Shown: positions 1 to 14,106, counted from the stretch's first letter. The stretch is DNA of 64,000 nucleotides from Octopus vulgaris (GCA_951406725.2 OX597827.1:82832001-82896000), one strand, 5' to 3'. The notes: generated from the sequence alone by a model not told the origin. Program-made: numbers and translations.

Positions 1-228
1 CTTTATCCATTGACCCAGAATGGATGAGAGGCCAAGGGGACCTTAGTGAGATTTGACCACAAGGAACAGAGAGCCAGATCAAACATAGCAGTGCATTCTG
101 GGTGATACTTTAAGTATATAATATATATATATATATACGTTATATATACAAACACATACACACACACACACACTCACACACAAACACACATATACACACA
201 CACATACATACATATATGTATATATATA

Positions 229-396
229 GGCATGGCTGTGTGGTAAGAAGCTTGCTTCCCGACTACATGCTTTGGGGTTCAGTCCCACTCCATACTCCTT
301 GGGCAAGTGTCTTCTACTATAGCCTTGAAACATCCAAAGCCATGCAAGTGGATCTGGTAAATGGAAACTGAAAGAATCCCATCATATACATACATA

Positions 397-457
<61 letters not shown>

Positions 458-700
458 TATATTTATGTATGTATGTAGATATTTGTGTGTCTGTGTTTGT
501 CCCACCCGCCCACCCAGTATTACTTGACAATCAATGCTGGTGTGTTTATGTCCCTGTAACTTAGCAGTTCAGCAAAAGAGACCAATAGAATAAGTACTAA
601 GCTTACAAAGAATAAGTCCTAGGGTTGATTTCTTTGACTAAAAGTGGTGCTCCAGCATGGCTGCAGTCAAACAATTGAAACAAGTAAAAGAATAAAAGAA
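229..700 (+). mobile_element. tRNA-derived SINE (family 1), near full length, internal (TA)n
   Basis: A-box-like tggctgtgtggtaag, B-box-like ggttcagtccc, ccttgggcaagtgtcttct, tail aagtaaaagaataaaag. Other copies or fragments near 11741-11930, 19970-20136, 24295-24460(-), 27235-27400, 36140-36356, 48463-48615. Confidence 0.8.
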
Positions 701-1361
701 TATATATACACACAACATGTCAGGCTTCTTTCAGTTTCCATCTACCAAATTCACTCACAAGACTTTGGTCATTTGGCCATATACGAAGCCAAACTAACAC
801 ACACACACACACATACAATGTAAATAAATACATTCTAAAGATTAGCTCAAAAGTCTGCCAAACGGTAATTTTATTAACAACTTCTGTCTGATATTCAGAC
901 ATTTCAGAAATAAAATGATGAGAAAAATATTGATGCCATACTGAGATGCTGAATTGGTTGACATGTCTTACTTGTGATGTCTGACAGAGAAGGAACTAAT
1001 TAATGAGCAGAGCTTAGGGCTTTCTTAGATGAAATGAAGAGTGTTTAGCCGTGAGGAGTAGGATTGAAGTAAATCATCAGAAAAGACCTCGTCTTGTTAA
1101 TAAATGGATACAAGGCACAACTGAGTGACGAAGAGGTTCCATTCTTTAACAGCATGGAGCCCTACAAGGCCAACTGCCCCTTCTTTATCTGACCAACAAT
1201 ACACAAGACAAAAGCAGAATAGTGAGACAGGAGCAGAGCAATGAAACAGGTGTGAAGTGGTGTGATATCATTGAGGAACCATTCCAGTGATACGTGTGGG
1301 ACAGTTTCGCTGACTGACCACTTCCTTACATGTATAATTCAGTTAGAAAGTTAAATGCTTC

Positions 1362-1411
<50 letters not shown>

Positions 1412-1414
<3 letters not shown>

Positions 1415-1550
1415 AAGAAGAAATGAGGTAATCAGAAGATCGGATGGTTTATATTTACAGATATTTATTTATATATTACATTTTTTACATATATATCATA
1501 TCACTTAGATCATTAGCGCTTTCTCCCATTCTAGTGGGGTTTTCAAATCA
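1412..1550 (-). mobile_element. (TA)n-embedded short element with hammerhead-like motif (same family as 61281-61543)
   Basis: Homologous to the left arm of 61281-61543. Minus strand reads UUGAAAA-CCCCA-CUAGAA-UGGGA-GAAA-GCGC-UA. Confidence 0.55.
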
Positions 1551-1825
1551 AAATATATATATATATAAATATATATACACACACACACACATATATATAT
1601 ACATATAAACTTGTTTCTCTCCGATATGAATTCTTCAAGTCTTCCTGAAGGTCTTCTTTCAGAGAGACATGGCTTTAGACGTGTTCTAGCATTGGAATCT
1701 TTGTCTTAAATATAAATTCCAAGTATTTAACTTCAGCTGAGTCGTTTTCAGAGTGTATGGTTTGCTTTAATCAACAAAACAAATACAACAAAATAACTCT
1801 GTATGTATATAAGCATGTCTCTCTG

Positions 1826-1908
<83 letters not shown>

Positions 1909-2010
1909 ATAAAAATGGTAAGATAACAAAAGAAAGAAAGAGACCTCGATATTATGTAAATAGAGGAATTTATCTGTAAATGTAATATGCGACAATTATT
2001 CGGTAGCCAT

Positions 2011-2071
2011 GATAAAACTCTGAGTTTCAGATGCAGATGTGGAAATCCACGCGACCATCTCTTCAGTTATC
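2011..2071 (-). ncRNA. Hammerhead-like motif (family A, left arm of fold-back)
   Basis: Minus strand: GAUAA-CUGAAGA-GAUG...CAUC(U)-GAAA-CUCAGAG-UU-UUAUC. Confidence 0.65.
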
Positions 2072-2225
2072 TGACCATCGGAAAAACACCTTTAAGGAGT
2101 TGATAAAAAGAAAAAAAGAGAATGAATAGATAGAACCCAACACACCACCTGCTCTATGAACTGAAACCATGATCTCGCGTTTGTGAGTGCTACACCCAAA
2201 CCACTCAGTGTTTTTCCGATGGCTG

Positions 2226-2286
2226 GATAACTGAAGAGATGGCAGCATGGATTTCCACCTTGGCATCCGAAACTCTGAGTTTTATC
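2226..2286 (+). ncRNA. Hammerhead-like motif (family A, right arm of fold-back)
   Basis: GAUAA-CUGAAGA-GAUG...CAUC(C)-GAAA-CUCUGAG-UU-UUAUC; 5-bp helix I, quasi-palindromic helix III. Confidence 0.65.
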
Positions 2287-2336
2287 ATAGCTACCGAATA
2301 ATTGTCACATATTACATTTACAGATATATATATATT

Positions 2337-2368
<32 letters not shown>

Positions 2369-2485
2369 AATATTAGGGAGTATATTATATTAATTATATA
2401 TATTATTTGTTATTTACGTATTGGTTTATGTCTATCACTGTTTGAGTTGCATAATAGTGGTTTTATCTCTAATTCATATTTTATA

Positions 2486-2526
<41 letters not shown>

Positions 2527-2869
2527 TATATGCAGACATATCTAATCACAGAGTAAGCATTCATACAAGGAACCCATTATTAAAGGGGCAGCAGTGTTTT
2601 GGTAGATAAGTATATTAGCACCCCTACTTTTTAGAAATAAATCATGTTCAACTGAAATTCAGTCAAAGACTCTGTACATATCCAGGAATACCATGTCTGA
2701 TAATGATTGAAGGTCCAATTTAAGATAAATATATAAACAGTGTAAATATTCTTTACAAAGATGAATACTCAGCTCTGTAAAATATAGAATCTTAATCTTA
2801 TTTCAAGTACCAATGATGATGGGTGGCATAATATGGCATGATTTTCTTAGACTTTTTCAATCTGATCCC

Positions 2870-2945
<76 letters not shown>

Positions 2946-3582
2946 CAGATGTAAGTGGATGGTTATAGAGCCACAATAATAAACATTCTCTTCTCATTTA
3001 CATGAAAACTCTTGCAGCATATTAGCAACTTCTAAAATGTTTGAACTCTGAAATCGAAGGTAGAAAGTTCTAACCCCAGCAGGTGTTAATGGACTCTCGC
3101 ATGCAGGTCAATAAGTCTTAAACTGTAAGAATTATCTGCAGTTCCGGACTCCATAACAACTTCAGAACATATTCTCATTTATGCAGCTTTAAACTTTGGT
3201 GTTCTTGTTGTTCTTGCAGTTCCTTTGACATTTCACAAACTCGTGACCCCCAACTGGGATCGGCATTGAACTCTTCAACAGGGTTGCCGTGTTTTATTGC
3301 TTGTTCTATGCCTCTTATGGTTCCAATATGTCAACACATAACACAGATCTATACATACACACTCGCATACATACAGCCATACACACACACACACTTAATA
3401 TGGATACACGTCTGTGTTGTAAAGTATGTACACACATGCACGCACGCGTGTGTGTGTGTGTGTATGCTCATGCATGGTATGTGTATGTACTTGCAAGTAT
3501 ATATATATATATATCAGTGTTTGTATGTGCATACATGCAAATTTTTGAATGTATGATTGTATGTGTGTATGGATAGGCTTGA

Positions 3583-3617
<35 letters not shown>

Positions 3618-3958
3618 AACTCAATAGAAATTTCTGTATACCTTGAAGTTGACAAAGGAAGTAGAGACCTTAAATTTACTGGGTAAAGTCAGCAGGAAAG
3701 AAGACTTTCTTGGGTCTGAAATATGGAATAAATTACAAATGCATGCTGGGTAAAAATTGTGATGTGATTTGTTATGTGAGTGAGTTTGTGTGTGAGGGAA
3801 GTGGATAACAAAGGGATTAGAATTAGCTAAGGACAACTAGGGTTAATTGATATATATATATATATACACACGCATGCATACACACACATACACACAGACA
3901 CACACGCGCGCACACAGTCTCACACACACACACATTGCCAACCCAATATATATATACA

Positions 3959-5222
3959 CAGTTTGTGTAAGATATTTAAGGACAGATTTATGTTTATAAA
4001 AATATAGATACAAATAACAAATAACTTTATTTAACAAAAATGCTACAAGGATTAAAAAAAACCTTCTTTTCTATAATGTTATTCAATAAAGCCATCTTCA
4101 GCTTCAACAACTGCTTCTAAATTAGATCTAAATCATCTACATGCTCGAATCAAGTGGTCCTGGTTCATTTTGGACATTACTCTGACTATGGCAGCTTTCA
4201 AAGAATCTTTGGTGTTATGGGTGTGTTCATTGACCTCTCTCTCTCAACAATGCTCCACATATAATAGTCTAACAGATTGCGATCTGGGGAATTAAGAGGC
4301 CAAATATAAAGGGTTATGTGATCGTGAACATTTTTAGTCATCCATTCTTGTGTTTACTAGAGCCATGTCTGATAGTGCAGAGTCTTACTGAAACACATAT
4401 CGCCTTCCATTGTATACACTGTCAATCCAGGGCTTAACAATTGTTTCCAGGACCTCACTGTAGGAGGCAGAGTTAACTCTAAGGCTTTGTGGAAAGAAGT
4501 AAGGAGACATTATATGTCCTTCATTGCTGACAACCCCTAAAACCATGACAGTTGCAGGAAATTTTGTATGCATAACACTTGGAACTTCAGAAGGATCTGC
4601 ACATAAGTATCTGTCATTTCTTCTGCTAACTTTTTGATGCTGGTTGAAGTTTTCTCACGTTTGAGAAAAACCAAATCAAATTTTGATCTGCTGGATTTTT
4701 CAGTTTATTTAAGAGCCTTTTAGATCTGATATAATGATTTTCTTTTGCTTTTTCTGACCAATTGACCTTTCCTCATCATATAAGACTTATATCTGATGTC
4801 TTTGTGGACAACATTTCTGACTGTTCCCTGTGAAACATGGAAATCTTTTGCAATTGACCTCATGGACTTTCTGGGATTGTAATCAATGGTCTGTCGAACT
4901 TTCTGGATTAATTCAGGTGTTCTGATGATTTCAGAGCATTTAGAATGCTTTTTATGCTTTGATACTGGTGATATGTTTCCATCTTCAGTCTCTAGCTTCT
5001 TACAAACTTTGTAGATGAAAGATCTGGCAACTTTTAAAAATAGAGATATTTCTAAATCGCTATGTTCAGCCTTTATAACCACAATAACTAGATGCCTCTT
5101 CATTTCTTGAGCAAGCTGAGGGTGTGCCATTATTATTTTCTGAAGCAAAGATTATATAGGGTAAGCAAAAAATGTAGCAATGACCCCAAAAGGGTATCTC
5201 CTCAGATACCTTACAGACCCTG
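3959..5222 (-). mobile_element. Decayed full-length Tc1/mariner, DD37D (maT) type
   Basis: Diverged TIRs (CAGTTTGTGTAAGATATTTAAGGA vs CAGGGTCTGTAAGGTATCTGAGGA), TA at the right flank, ~1.26 kb. Broken transposase: HTH ORF 4720-5148, VMVLGVVSNEG, YVFQ*DSA...WPLNSPDRNLLDYY, with 37 residues between the last two Asp after fixing a 1-nt frameshift. Confidence 0.85.
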
Positions 5223-5367
5223 TATATATTGGATTGGCAAGAAAGTAATTTCGTTTTTCATAAATAGATTAACAATTTTCTTTAATGAATTTTGTTAATG
5301 TTATGGTTTTTTCCTTTTGACATTTGATAGCCATTACTTTTATCTTACTTTAGAAGCAAATTGCATG

Positions 5368-5443
<76 letters not shown>

Positions 5444-6055
5444 ATGTATGTATATGTATGTATATGTATAAATTTATATATATATACAAGTCATCAGGTG
5501 GTGAATACTGTAAACAGACTTTAAACAACATACCATACAAGGTGTACACCCAAATATAAAATCACTACCTATGTGTATATGTAATAAATATATATGAATA
5601 TACACTGTAGGACAGCTAACCACTGTATACAATAAGTGCTTTTTTTTTTTATAATTATTATCATTATAACTCTGTTTCCTACACACAACTAAGAATAGAA
5701 AAAAAATTGAACATTAAAATGATAATGATGATGATGATGATGAGGAGGAGGAGGAGGAGGAGGAGGAGGTGGTGGTGGTAGCAACTATGATGAATTTCAT
5801 TATATATTACACTCACACACACACCCATACTTTTGAAATTGTATCTAATGTCTTCTCCACCAAAATGATCTTCTAAGACCCCATTCTCTGCTCTCTCACT
5901 CTTGTTCCCAGTGTTATCTCTGTCTCTTTCCTTATTCCCTTCTTCTCTCTGTGTGCAAGTATTTATTTATTCATTTGCCTCTCTAGCTGTCTGTCTATGT
6001 GTATATGTGCATGTGTGTGTATGAGTGTGTGTGTGTGTGTGCGTGTGTGTGTGTG

Positions 6056-6141
<86 letters not shown>

Positions 6142-6143
<2 letters not shown>

Positions 6144-6385
6144 AGTCCAGTTTGCTGGACATTGTTGTAGAGCTGAAAACAATGCAATTTCTACTCTTCT
6201 CCTCTGGAAGCCATCTACTCGCAATACCAGAGGGCGCACACTCTCCTACCCTGATGTAATCTCCAGGGATACAGGCATCCAGCAACAGGACCTCCGTAAT
6301 GCTATGATGCAACGTGAAGTCTGGCGTAACATAGTAAATTCCATTGTCTCGACCACGGTCGAACAAGGATGATGATGATGATGAT
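6142..6385 (+). mobile_element. RTE-like LINE 3' end with (GAT)n tail
   Basis: RVQFAGHCCR...LLLWKP...RGRTLSYPDVISRDTG...AMMQREVWRNIV*, followed by gatgatgat. Confidence 0.75.
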
Positions 6386-7143
6386 GTGTGTGTGTGTGTG
6401 TGTGTGTGTGTGAGTGTGTGTGTGTGTGTGTCTGAGTGTGTGTGTGTGAGTGTGTGTGTGTGTGTGTGTGTCTGAGTGTGTGTGTCTATGAGCAGCCTTT
6501 TTTTGCCTCCTTTCTCTTAAATCACTATTTGATTCAAGACTGTCTCCTGCTGTAATCTTCTCTTTGTCTTTCTTCTCTCATGTTTTATACACAACAAACA
6601 TCCAGACATCCAGTGTTCAGTCATAATTTAAACATCTCAAATGGACGTCAGTTAAAAGAATTCCACTTCCCACTTTATCATAATTTAACTCACAGCTCTC
6701 TCCTACTGACACACCTATGTTATGCATCCTTGGATTAAACTTTAATAACTATATTCCTCTATCTCACCTTATCATACACACACCTCCTACATCAAACATC
6801 ATTATCAACACCCCTTTATCACATGTCATTACCTGAGTATCACATCACCTCCAATCTGTCTTCTGTACTTTTATTATCACATCCTTCTTACATCAGCCAT
6901 TATCACTTCGAACTTATCACATCTTATCACCTTCACCAAACAATTTCTGCAGCTCCCAAAAAGACAAATTAACAACTATTTTTACAGTTGTCTTAAATGT
7001 TTTTGTCTGTTTCGACCAATCTGCTAAAATTTCTTTATCTTATCTCCATGTGTGACATCACTGTATCATTCTTTCTACATGGGTGGCATCAATGTGACAT
7101 TCCTTCTGTACATATGCCAACAGCAATTTCATCTACATATGTC

Positions 7144-7181
<38 letters not shown>

Positions 7182-7256
7182 AAATGTGACCGCGTGTGTA
7201 TCGTTGGCGATTTTTTTCCCTCCGTCTTCCCTTCCTTGGATCTTTCCTTTTCCTAT

Positions 7257-7291
7257 GTTTCTGACGAAGAGCTCCGCTCGAAACGTTAAAT
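7257..7291 (+). ncRNA. Minimal hammerhead-like motif in a ~210-bp (TA)n-flanked element (7180-7393)
   Basis: GUUU-CUGACGA-A-GAGC-UCC-GCUC-GAAA-CG-UU-AAAU; helix III reduced to the palindrome AACGUU. Confidence 0.55.
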
Positions 7292-7389
7292 CCTCCTTCT
7301 TTCTTTCCCTTCCTGAGTGTCCAATAACTCTATACTTGTTCCATGTCCTCACATTATTGTGTTTTCTCTCTGTGTTTTCATGTTTGGAT

Positions 7390-7500
<111 letters not shown>

Positions 7501-7759
7501 GTATATGTATGGGAGCAGTATGACCAATTTTGTTGAAGCCCTTTGTATCACAGAATCATTACTGTTTCTACATTTATCACGTAACTGCAACTCCCACTCT
7601 CTACATGTGTACAAGTGTAGTTTCAATGTGACATACTCTCTTCGGTCAAACTTGTCTTTCAATGGCAAGAAAAGGCAAATACAAATTTCGTATCAAGAAA
7701 GCCATCATCACATCAACCTCCCGCTTAATCATGAATAGCAGGCAACAAGAGTCCTCACA

Positions 7760-8230
7760 ATTGCTCCAACTGATGGATCTCATTATCACTGATGATTTCT
7801 TGGGGCAAAAATCATGTTAAGACAGCTGGGGCCATATTCCAATGACAGATTCTTCTCTTCCAAGTTAAAAGACACTTCATCCCATAACCATTACTGACAC
7901 TCTAAAAACCTCAGCTGATGCCAACCCTCCCCACCATAGAGTATTGCCCTCATATCTTTGGCATAAAAACCATTCACAGGTTTATTCCAGCTTTTCACTC
8001 ACAAGCATGTTGGGTTCTCTTTCCTTTTTTTCTGTTGCTGCTACACTGGTCTCTGCTCCTCCAAGTGATTAGGGGTTATACTGCCTTAACTCAAGCCATT
8101 CAGACCCACTTGTCTTTCCTCTTTCCCCTCCTCTATTGTATTAAACCCATCTGGGCCTTGCACTCCACTGGTGCTCCCTTCCTTCTCAGAACATCATCTC
8201 TCTGCAATTGCCTTTCTTATGGCTTATGTC
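7760..8230 (+). mobile_element. Old LINE RT C-terminal remnant (tentative)
   Basis: PTIEYCPHIF resembles the 'PxMEYCSHIW' motif; highly degraded. Confidence 0.35.
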
Positions 8231-8775
8231 TTTCATATACATTACTTGAAGAGGATCGTTAATAAGCATTCACCAGGCCTACCTAGGAGGATCTCATGGC
8301 TATGGGCACTGTACTTTCCTCAAGACCCAACAGGAGAAAGAGAACATATGACATCAATATAACCAGCACATTTAATGTCACACTCTATACGTGTGACATT
8401 AGTATATCCACAATTCTCCTCATGACTGACATCAATGTAACCACCCCACTGCACATGTGACCTCACACCTTACATTTATATGTCATCGATGTCATCAATG
8501 TCGCTATCACCATTCTCTACAAGGGTGACTTCAATGCTGCATTAATTGACTGTCACTCCACAGCTGTGACAGCAGTGTAACATACTCTTAACATGTGTGA
8601 CCCCACTGTAATTACCACTTCCTTGGTGCCACCAATATGACCACAATTTTCTCCATGTGGGATATCAGCATGTCTAATTCCATCTACACATTGCATCAAT
8701 GTGAACAATATCGAAAATGTGGCCACCACCCATTGCAAGATTGACGTCATCTCACAAATGTAACTAACATCTTCT

Positions 8776-9369
8776 ATGCAGGCAATGACAAGTGACCGAG
8801 ACCTTTGGAGATATGCTGTGTTTCAGAAAACCCGTCAAGCCAAGTGGTGCTTAACCAACCCACTTATGAGTACCCTTCATTCATTGGACAATAAACTTTG
8901 CTTGCAAAGACCTGTTGAGGCAAGTGAAATCAAAATCACTGACGTGGCCGATGACAGAACTGCCTGATTGGCACTCATACCAGTGGAACGTTAAAAGCAC
9001 CATCTGAGCGTGATTGTTGCCAGGGTCACTGACTGGCTCCTGTGCCAGTGGCAGGTAAAAAGCACCATTTGCGCGTGACCATTGCCGGCGTTGTCTTACT
9101 GGCACATGTGCTGGTGGTACTTGAAAAACAACATTTGAGCATGGTCATTGCCAGTTCCGCCAGACTGGCTCCTGTGTAGGTGGTACATAATAGCACCCAC
9201 TACACTCTTGGAGTTGCTGGTGTTAGGAAGGGCATCCAGCTGTAGAAACTTTGCCAGATCGGATTGGATACAGCCTCCTGGCTTGCCAGTTCTCAGTCAA
9301 ACTGTCCAACCCATGCCTGCATGGAAATCGGACATTAAACGATGACAATGATGATGATGATGATGATGA
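8776..9369 (+). mobile_element. RTE-type 3' end / RTE-tailed repeat with (GAT)n tail
   Basis: gcacccactacactc...ggaagggcatccagctgtagaaac...ccaacccatgcc..catggaa...aaacgatga; shared with copies at 22960, 27722 and 36452. Confidence 0.75.
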
Positions 9370-9920
9370 AACCATTTTACAAAATCTCTCTGGTCAGTAT
9401 TGTTCATTTAGATAAAGGACAGTGGGATATTAGTATTTTATTGGTTTGAGTTTTTTTTCTTTTTTTTTTGTATTTGGACTGTGTTTGAGCCTGAGTTAGT
9501 TCATGAAAAAAAAGGGCTGCAGATAAACAACAACAATGACAATAATAATAATTTGTAAAAAAAGGTTCAAAGTCGGAAATTTGGAGAAAGGGTACAGTCA
9601 GCTAGATTGACCCCAGTTGCTTGACTGGTATATATTTTATTGGCCCCAGAAAAATTAATAATAAAATTGACCTCGTCAGAATTTGAGAAAATGCAAAAGG
9701 CTATGTCTAATTACTGCAAATACAACTTAGATCCTATAATTAATCAATTCTGGCATCTATCACTTTTAATGATAATTATTTGTTGATTTAATTTCATGAT
9801 AATGATTTGTGTTGGGAACAAGATGGTGTTTGTTGTTGTTGTAGCCCTAGGTGAGATCTGATTAATCAAATATATGATCAAAAGGGGGTCATCTCTTTTA
9901 TTCACATATATTATCGAGAA

Positions 9921-10109
9921 CAGCGGTTCTCAACTGCAGCTCGCAGGGCCACAAGGGCCTCAAGCATCCCACCAGCAGCCCCCAACAGTTTTCCCTCTAT
10001 AAGTATAATTTTTTCTTTAATTGATTTGTTTTACTTTTTTAGTGTGGTCCCCTAAAAAAAATCCAAGTTTTGGATCTGGCCCAGATATTAAAAAGGTTCA
10101 GAACCAATG
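9921..10109. mobile_element. hAT (Charlie-like) MITE
   Basis: TIRs CAGCGGTTCTCAAC / GTTCAGAACCAATG; 8-bp TSD ATCGAGAA / ATCTAGAA (NTCTAGAN type). Confidence 0.8.
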
Positions 10110-11071
10110 ATCTAGAACGACCTTAATTATGTGTCCTGCTCTTTTTTTAAATGTTGTGTGTGATTTGAGAGTGATTTGGTCACCATTTCCTGCATGTTGA
10201 ACAATATTTCTAGACAGAAATTAAGTGTTGTGACATCTTTGTGGCTTTTGAGACTGCAAGTGGTGTGTCACTCCACATTATACAGCCTATACACACACAC
10301 ACATACACACTTAAACACACACACCACACATGCACATGCACACATACACATGCACACTCTATCTCTCAGATACATGCACATACACGTATGCACCACACAT
10401 ACACATGCCCACACACACACATTCACACACAAACACACACACATGCAAACATTTTCCAGTCACTGTTTTCTAAACTTCACACATACACACACACATAGAT
10501 ACACACATCTTATAATTACCACACACACACACACACTTTGACCTCAACGGGCATACACATACACTCAAGTCTGTGACCTCCCATACGCTCACATACATCT
10601 CATAACACACACATACACACACACACACATCTTCTGGCCTCCATCAAGACACCAAACTCCAAAGAAATGTCTGAAGAGAGAAGCAAACACAATCACACAC
10701 ACGAGAAGCTGCAATGATGTTGTTGTTGTCGTTGCTGTTGTTGTTGTTTCTAGCTGAAGTCCTACAATGGAAGGTGTTGTTTACAGAGTGTGGAGTTAGC
10801 TGCAGGCCATGACCACCACAACAAACACATCGATTGCTTTCACTTGTTGCTTGGTATTTTAGTGTTGTTATTTAAGTTTCAGTCTCGTTTGTTGTAGAAA
10901 TCTCTGGAGAGATAACGAACCAGCAACGAGGCTTTGGTCAATGGAATAATTAAAAGATATTCAACACCAACAACAGCTCTGTCGAAATTGAGCAGCAGTA
11001 GCAGCAGCAGCAGCACTTGGTTGTTTCTTGTTATTAATGATGTTTTAAAGCATTCTGAAATCAGTGCAGAT

Positions 11072-11119
<48 letters not shown>

Positions 11120-11373
11120 TTAAAAGATCAATATAGCCTTATACTTTTAGCGCAAATTCCTCACCAAACCTCTTTGCTTCTTAACTCTCGGCTGACATCA
11201 CACTTTCCAGTCACATGACACAAGCAGGGACTTGGTTTCATAATGTTGCTGTTGTTATTAGTATTGTTGGTGTTGTTTAGCCCTAGGTAAACCCTGGTTG
11301 AAGCAAGCCAATGATCAAAGGCATTCCTGCCATGACAATTCCATCTTCCTTTCAGACATAATAGCTCTAGGAA

Positions 11374-11640
11374 CCAAAGTTGGGTGCTGTTAACTAAAAG
11401 AAAAATTAACCTGTTAACTGTTAATCTGTTAACCAAAAGGTTAACTTCACTAAACATTAATCAGTTAATTATTTCCTAATGTAACGGAAGTTATTGATAA
11501 ACCGTTAATGTTAACTTTTAACTTTTATTATAAGAAAAAACAAAAAAATCAGTTTTTGCTCTAAAAACCACCTAAAAAACACCCTCAAAAAGTGCCAAAA
11601 CTGTAAAATCCATTAACTTCAATTCAGTTGAGCTAACTAA
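11374..11640. repeat. GTTAAC/TTAAC-rich segment, probable subterminal region of a non-autonomous DNA transposon
   Basis: Dense cluster of ttaac/gttaa motifs in both orientations. Confidence 0.35.
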
Positions 11641-12503
11641 AGGGAGAGAGACTGGTAACTGGTCTCTTCATCTGCAAGAAACAGTGACAAGATCACCTTC
11701 AGATCTCACTGGGCCATCATGTATGAAGATGGAACACCAGCACTTGACAACTGGTGCTGGTGTGGTTATGTCCTTATAACTTAACGGTTCAGCAAAAGGA
11801 ACTGATAGAATAAGTACCAGGCTTAACAGAAGGAAAAAAGTCCTGGGGTCGGTTCATTCCTCTAGAAAATGTTTCAAGGCAGTGCAGCCCCAGCATGGCC
11901 ACACTCTAATGACTGAAACAAGTAAAAATAAATGAGAGGATCTTCACAGACCTGGCACTAAACTATGCAAACACATCAACCGGCAGATGCAGTCCTGGTG
12001 TTCCTTTACCTTTTATGGTGGAATTCAAGAAACACTCTATTCTTTCATTGATATTCTCTTCTCTTTGTGTGTGTGAATGAGTGTACATGTTTGTACCTGC
12101 ACATGCATGGAATATATAATCCATGCATTCACATAGATACACAAATACATGGTGTTTGAGTGAAATTGTGTAGATTTGTGTCAAAATAAGAGTCGAGTCA
12201 GAATTCCATTCTGATTACCATTTTCTATTTCAGCAGAAAGAAGCAAGAAATTTCACCATAAATAATTTTCAACAGTTACGAAATGTATTCCATTACTTCC
12301 AAATCTCAGTCAAGAATCAAAAAAAATTTCATTCGAATATGGATTTATCTGGAGACAATCATCACTCGTTGTATATTAGAACTGGAGACAGTCGTCACCC
12401 AACCTCATCAAAATGTATTAAATATGATATACAAATGCATGTATGCCTTTGTATGTTTTCATGTGTGTGTTTGAGGGGGGAAGGTGAATGTGTGTGTAAG
12501 TGT

Positions 12504-12538
<35 letters not shown>

Positions 12539-12819
12539 AGTTCACTTCTTTGAGTCTTTAATTCCTCTAACTCACATTTTTCACTTCCATGCATCCAGAT
12601 CATTCTGGAAGGATATCTTGAAATCTTTCCTCCAATGATATATACACGAATGCCATAGCTCAACCATCAATCACTTGAGTTTGTTAACTTCCTCTTTCTT
12701 ATTAAAAGATAGCAACTCTTTTCAATATCCCTCAAGGTACCATGCACGTGAATGAGACAGAGAGAGACAAAGAAACAGACAGACACACACACACACACAC
12801 ATTCACAGACAGACAGAAA

Positions 12820-12850
12820 GATAAATAGATAGAGAGATAAATAGAGAGGG

Positions 12851-12910
<60 letters not shown>

Positions 12911-12911
12911 T

Positions 12912-12965
<54 letters not shown>

Positions 12966-12968
12966 CAG

Positions 12969-13008
<40 letters not shown>

Positions 13009-13107
13009 TAGATAGAGAGCGAAATAGATAGAAAGAAAGAAAGAAAGAAAAAAAGAGATAGATAGATAGAAAGATAGGTAGGTAGGTAGGTAGGTAGGTA
13101 GGTAGGT
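12820..13107. repeat. (GATA)n/(GAAA)n/(GGTA)n microsatellite
   Basis: Direct inspection. Confidence 0.95.
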
Positions 13108-14106
13108 ACAGAGTTGTCCCTTAATTCTCAATATTACAATATTATATATTTACCTCTGGAAATCAACATGCATTACTTATATAGATTTGCATGTGCATGA
13201 AATACACATACACACGCATGCGATGTGTGTGTGGGTGTGTATGTTCGTGCATGTATATCTGTGAGTGTATGCTCGATGTATCTGTATCTATTTATATGCA
13301 CAAGTGTATATGTGTGTATGTATGTCTATATATGCCTCTGTGAGTACGAATCCATATATATACATATATATATACACATAGACACACATGTACACACACC
13401 ACACATATACTGACACACACACGCACGCGTATATTGATATTGATATTCTTTACGACATCTATAGAATGGAATAATCATATCTTTGATGTTCAGTATTGCT
13501 TCCATTTCATCTTATCATCGGAGAAGTGCTGTGAATTTAAATGGTTTTCTTGCTTGTAACAAATATATTGTTAGTTCAGTGAAAAAGGGGGAAAATGTCT
13601 GCCATCACCCTGTCAAAGCAATCTGACCATGGTGTGTGTAATTTTATGTGGCCTATCTCAGTGTGAACGCAATTTCAGTGAGAAAGCAATTTCGCTGTGG
13701 TGTGTTTAATCTTTTTGCCAACCTGATTGATGAGTGTGACAATCATTGCTCGAAATCAGACATCTGTATAACTTTCCCCGTCATCAGCATTTTTCACATT
13801 CTGACCGACAGGAAGCCTGGAAATAGTTCGGCTAAATTTGAACTATAAAAACCCCTGTCAGGATATTTCTTTGACACAATCTCAGTGAAAAACGATTCTG
13901 GAGTTTATGTTGTCTTCAATTCTGCTATTATTGTTACTAAAGAGGATTTCTCACTTTTATTCAGTCAAATCTACTTTGTGAACCAACATAGACACCATTA
14001 TAACACTACTTGATATTGTTTTGATTATTAAGGGATTTTAGCTGTTTTTTTTTTTTTGTTGGATTTTTCTTTTTCTCTCTCCTCCTCCTCCGCTTACTGT
14101 TTGTAG

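Larger units (their letters stand above)
1907..2326. mobile_element. Fold-back element (arms ~1971-2089 / ~2208-2326) flanked by (TA)n
   Basis: ~120-bp inverted arms (tatctgtaaatgtaatatg... / ...catattacatttacagata), each carrying an HHR motif. Confidence 0.8.

Noticed and set aside
3150-3290. Minus-strand GGHEFVKCQRNCKNNK, reminiscent of Cys-rich integrase-type transposase tails
   Set aside because: Too short and stop-interrupted to support without a database search.
13844-13887. TATAAAA plus TCAGT as a core promoter
   Set aside because: Spacing is about 40 nt rather than about 30, and such motifs are frequent in AT-rich DNA.
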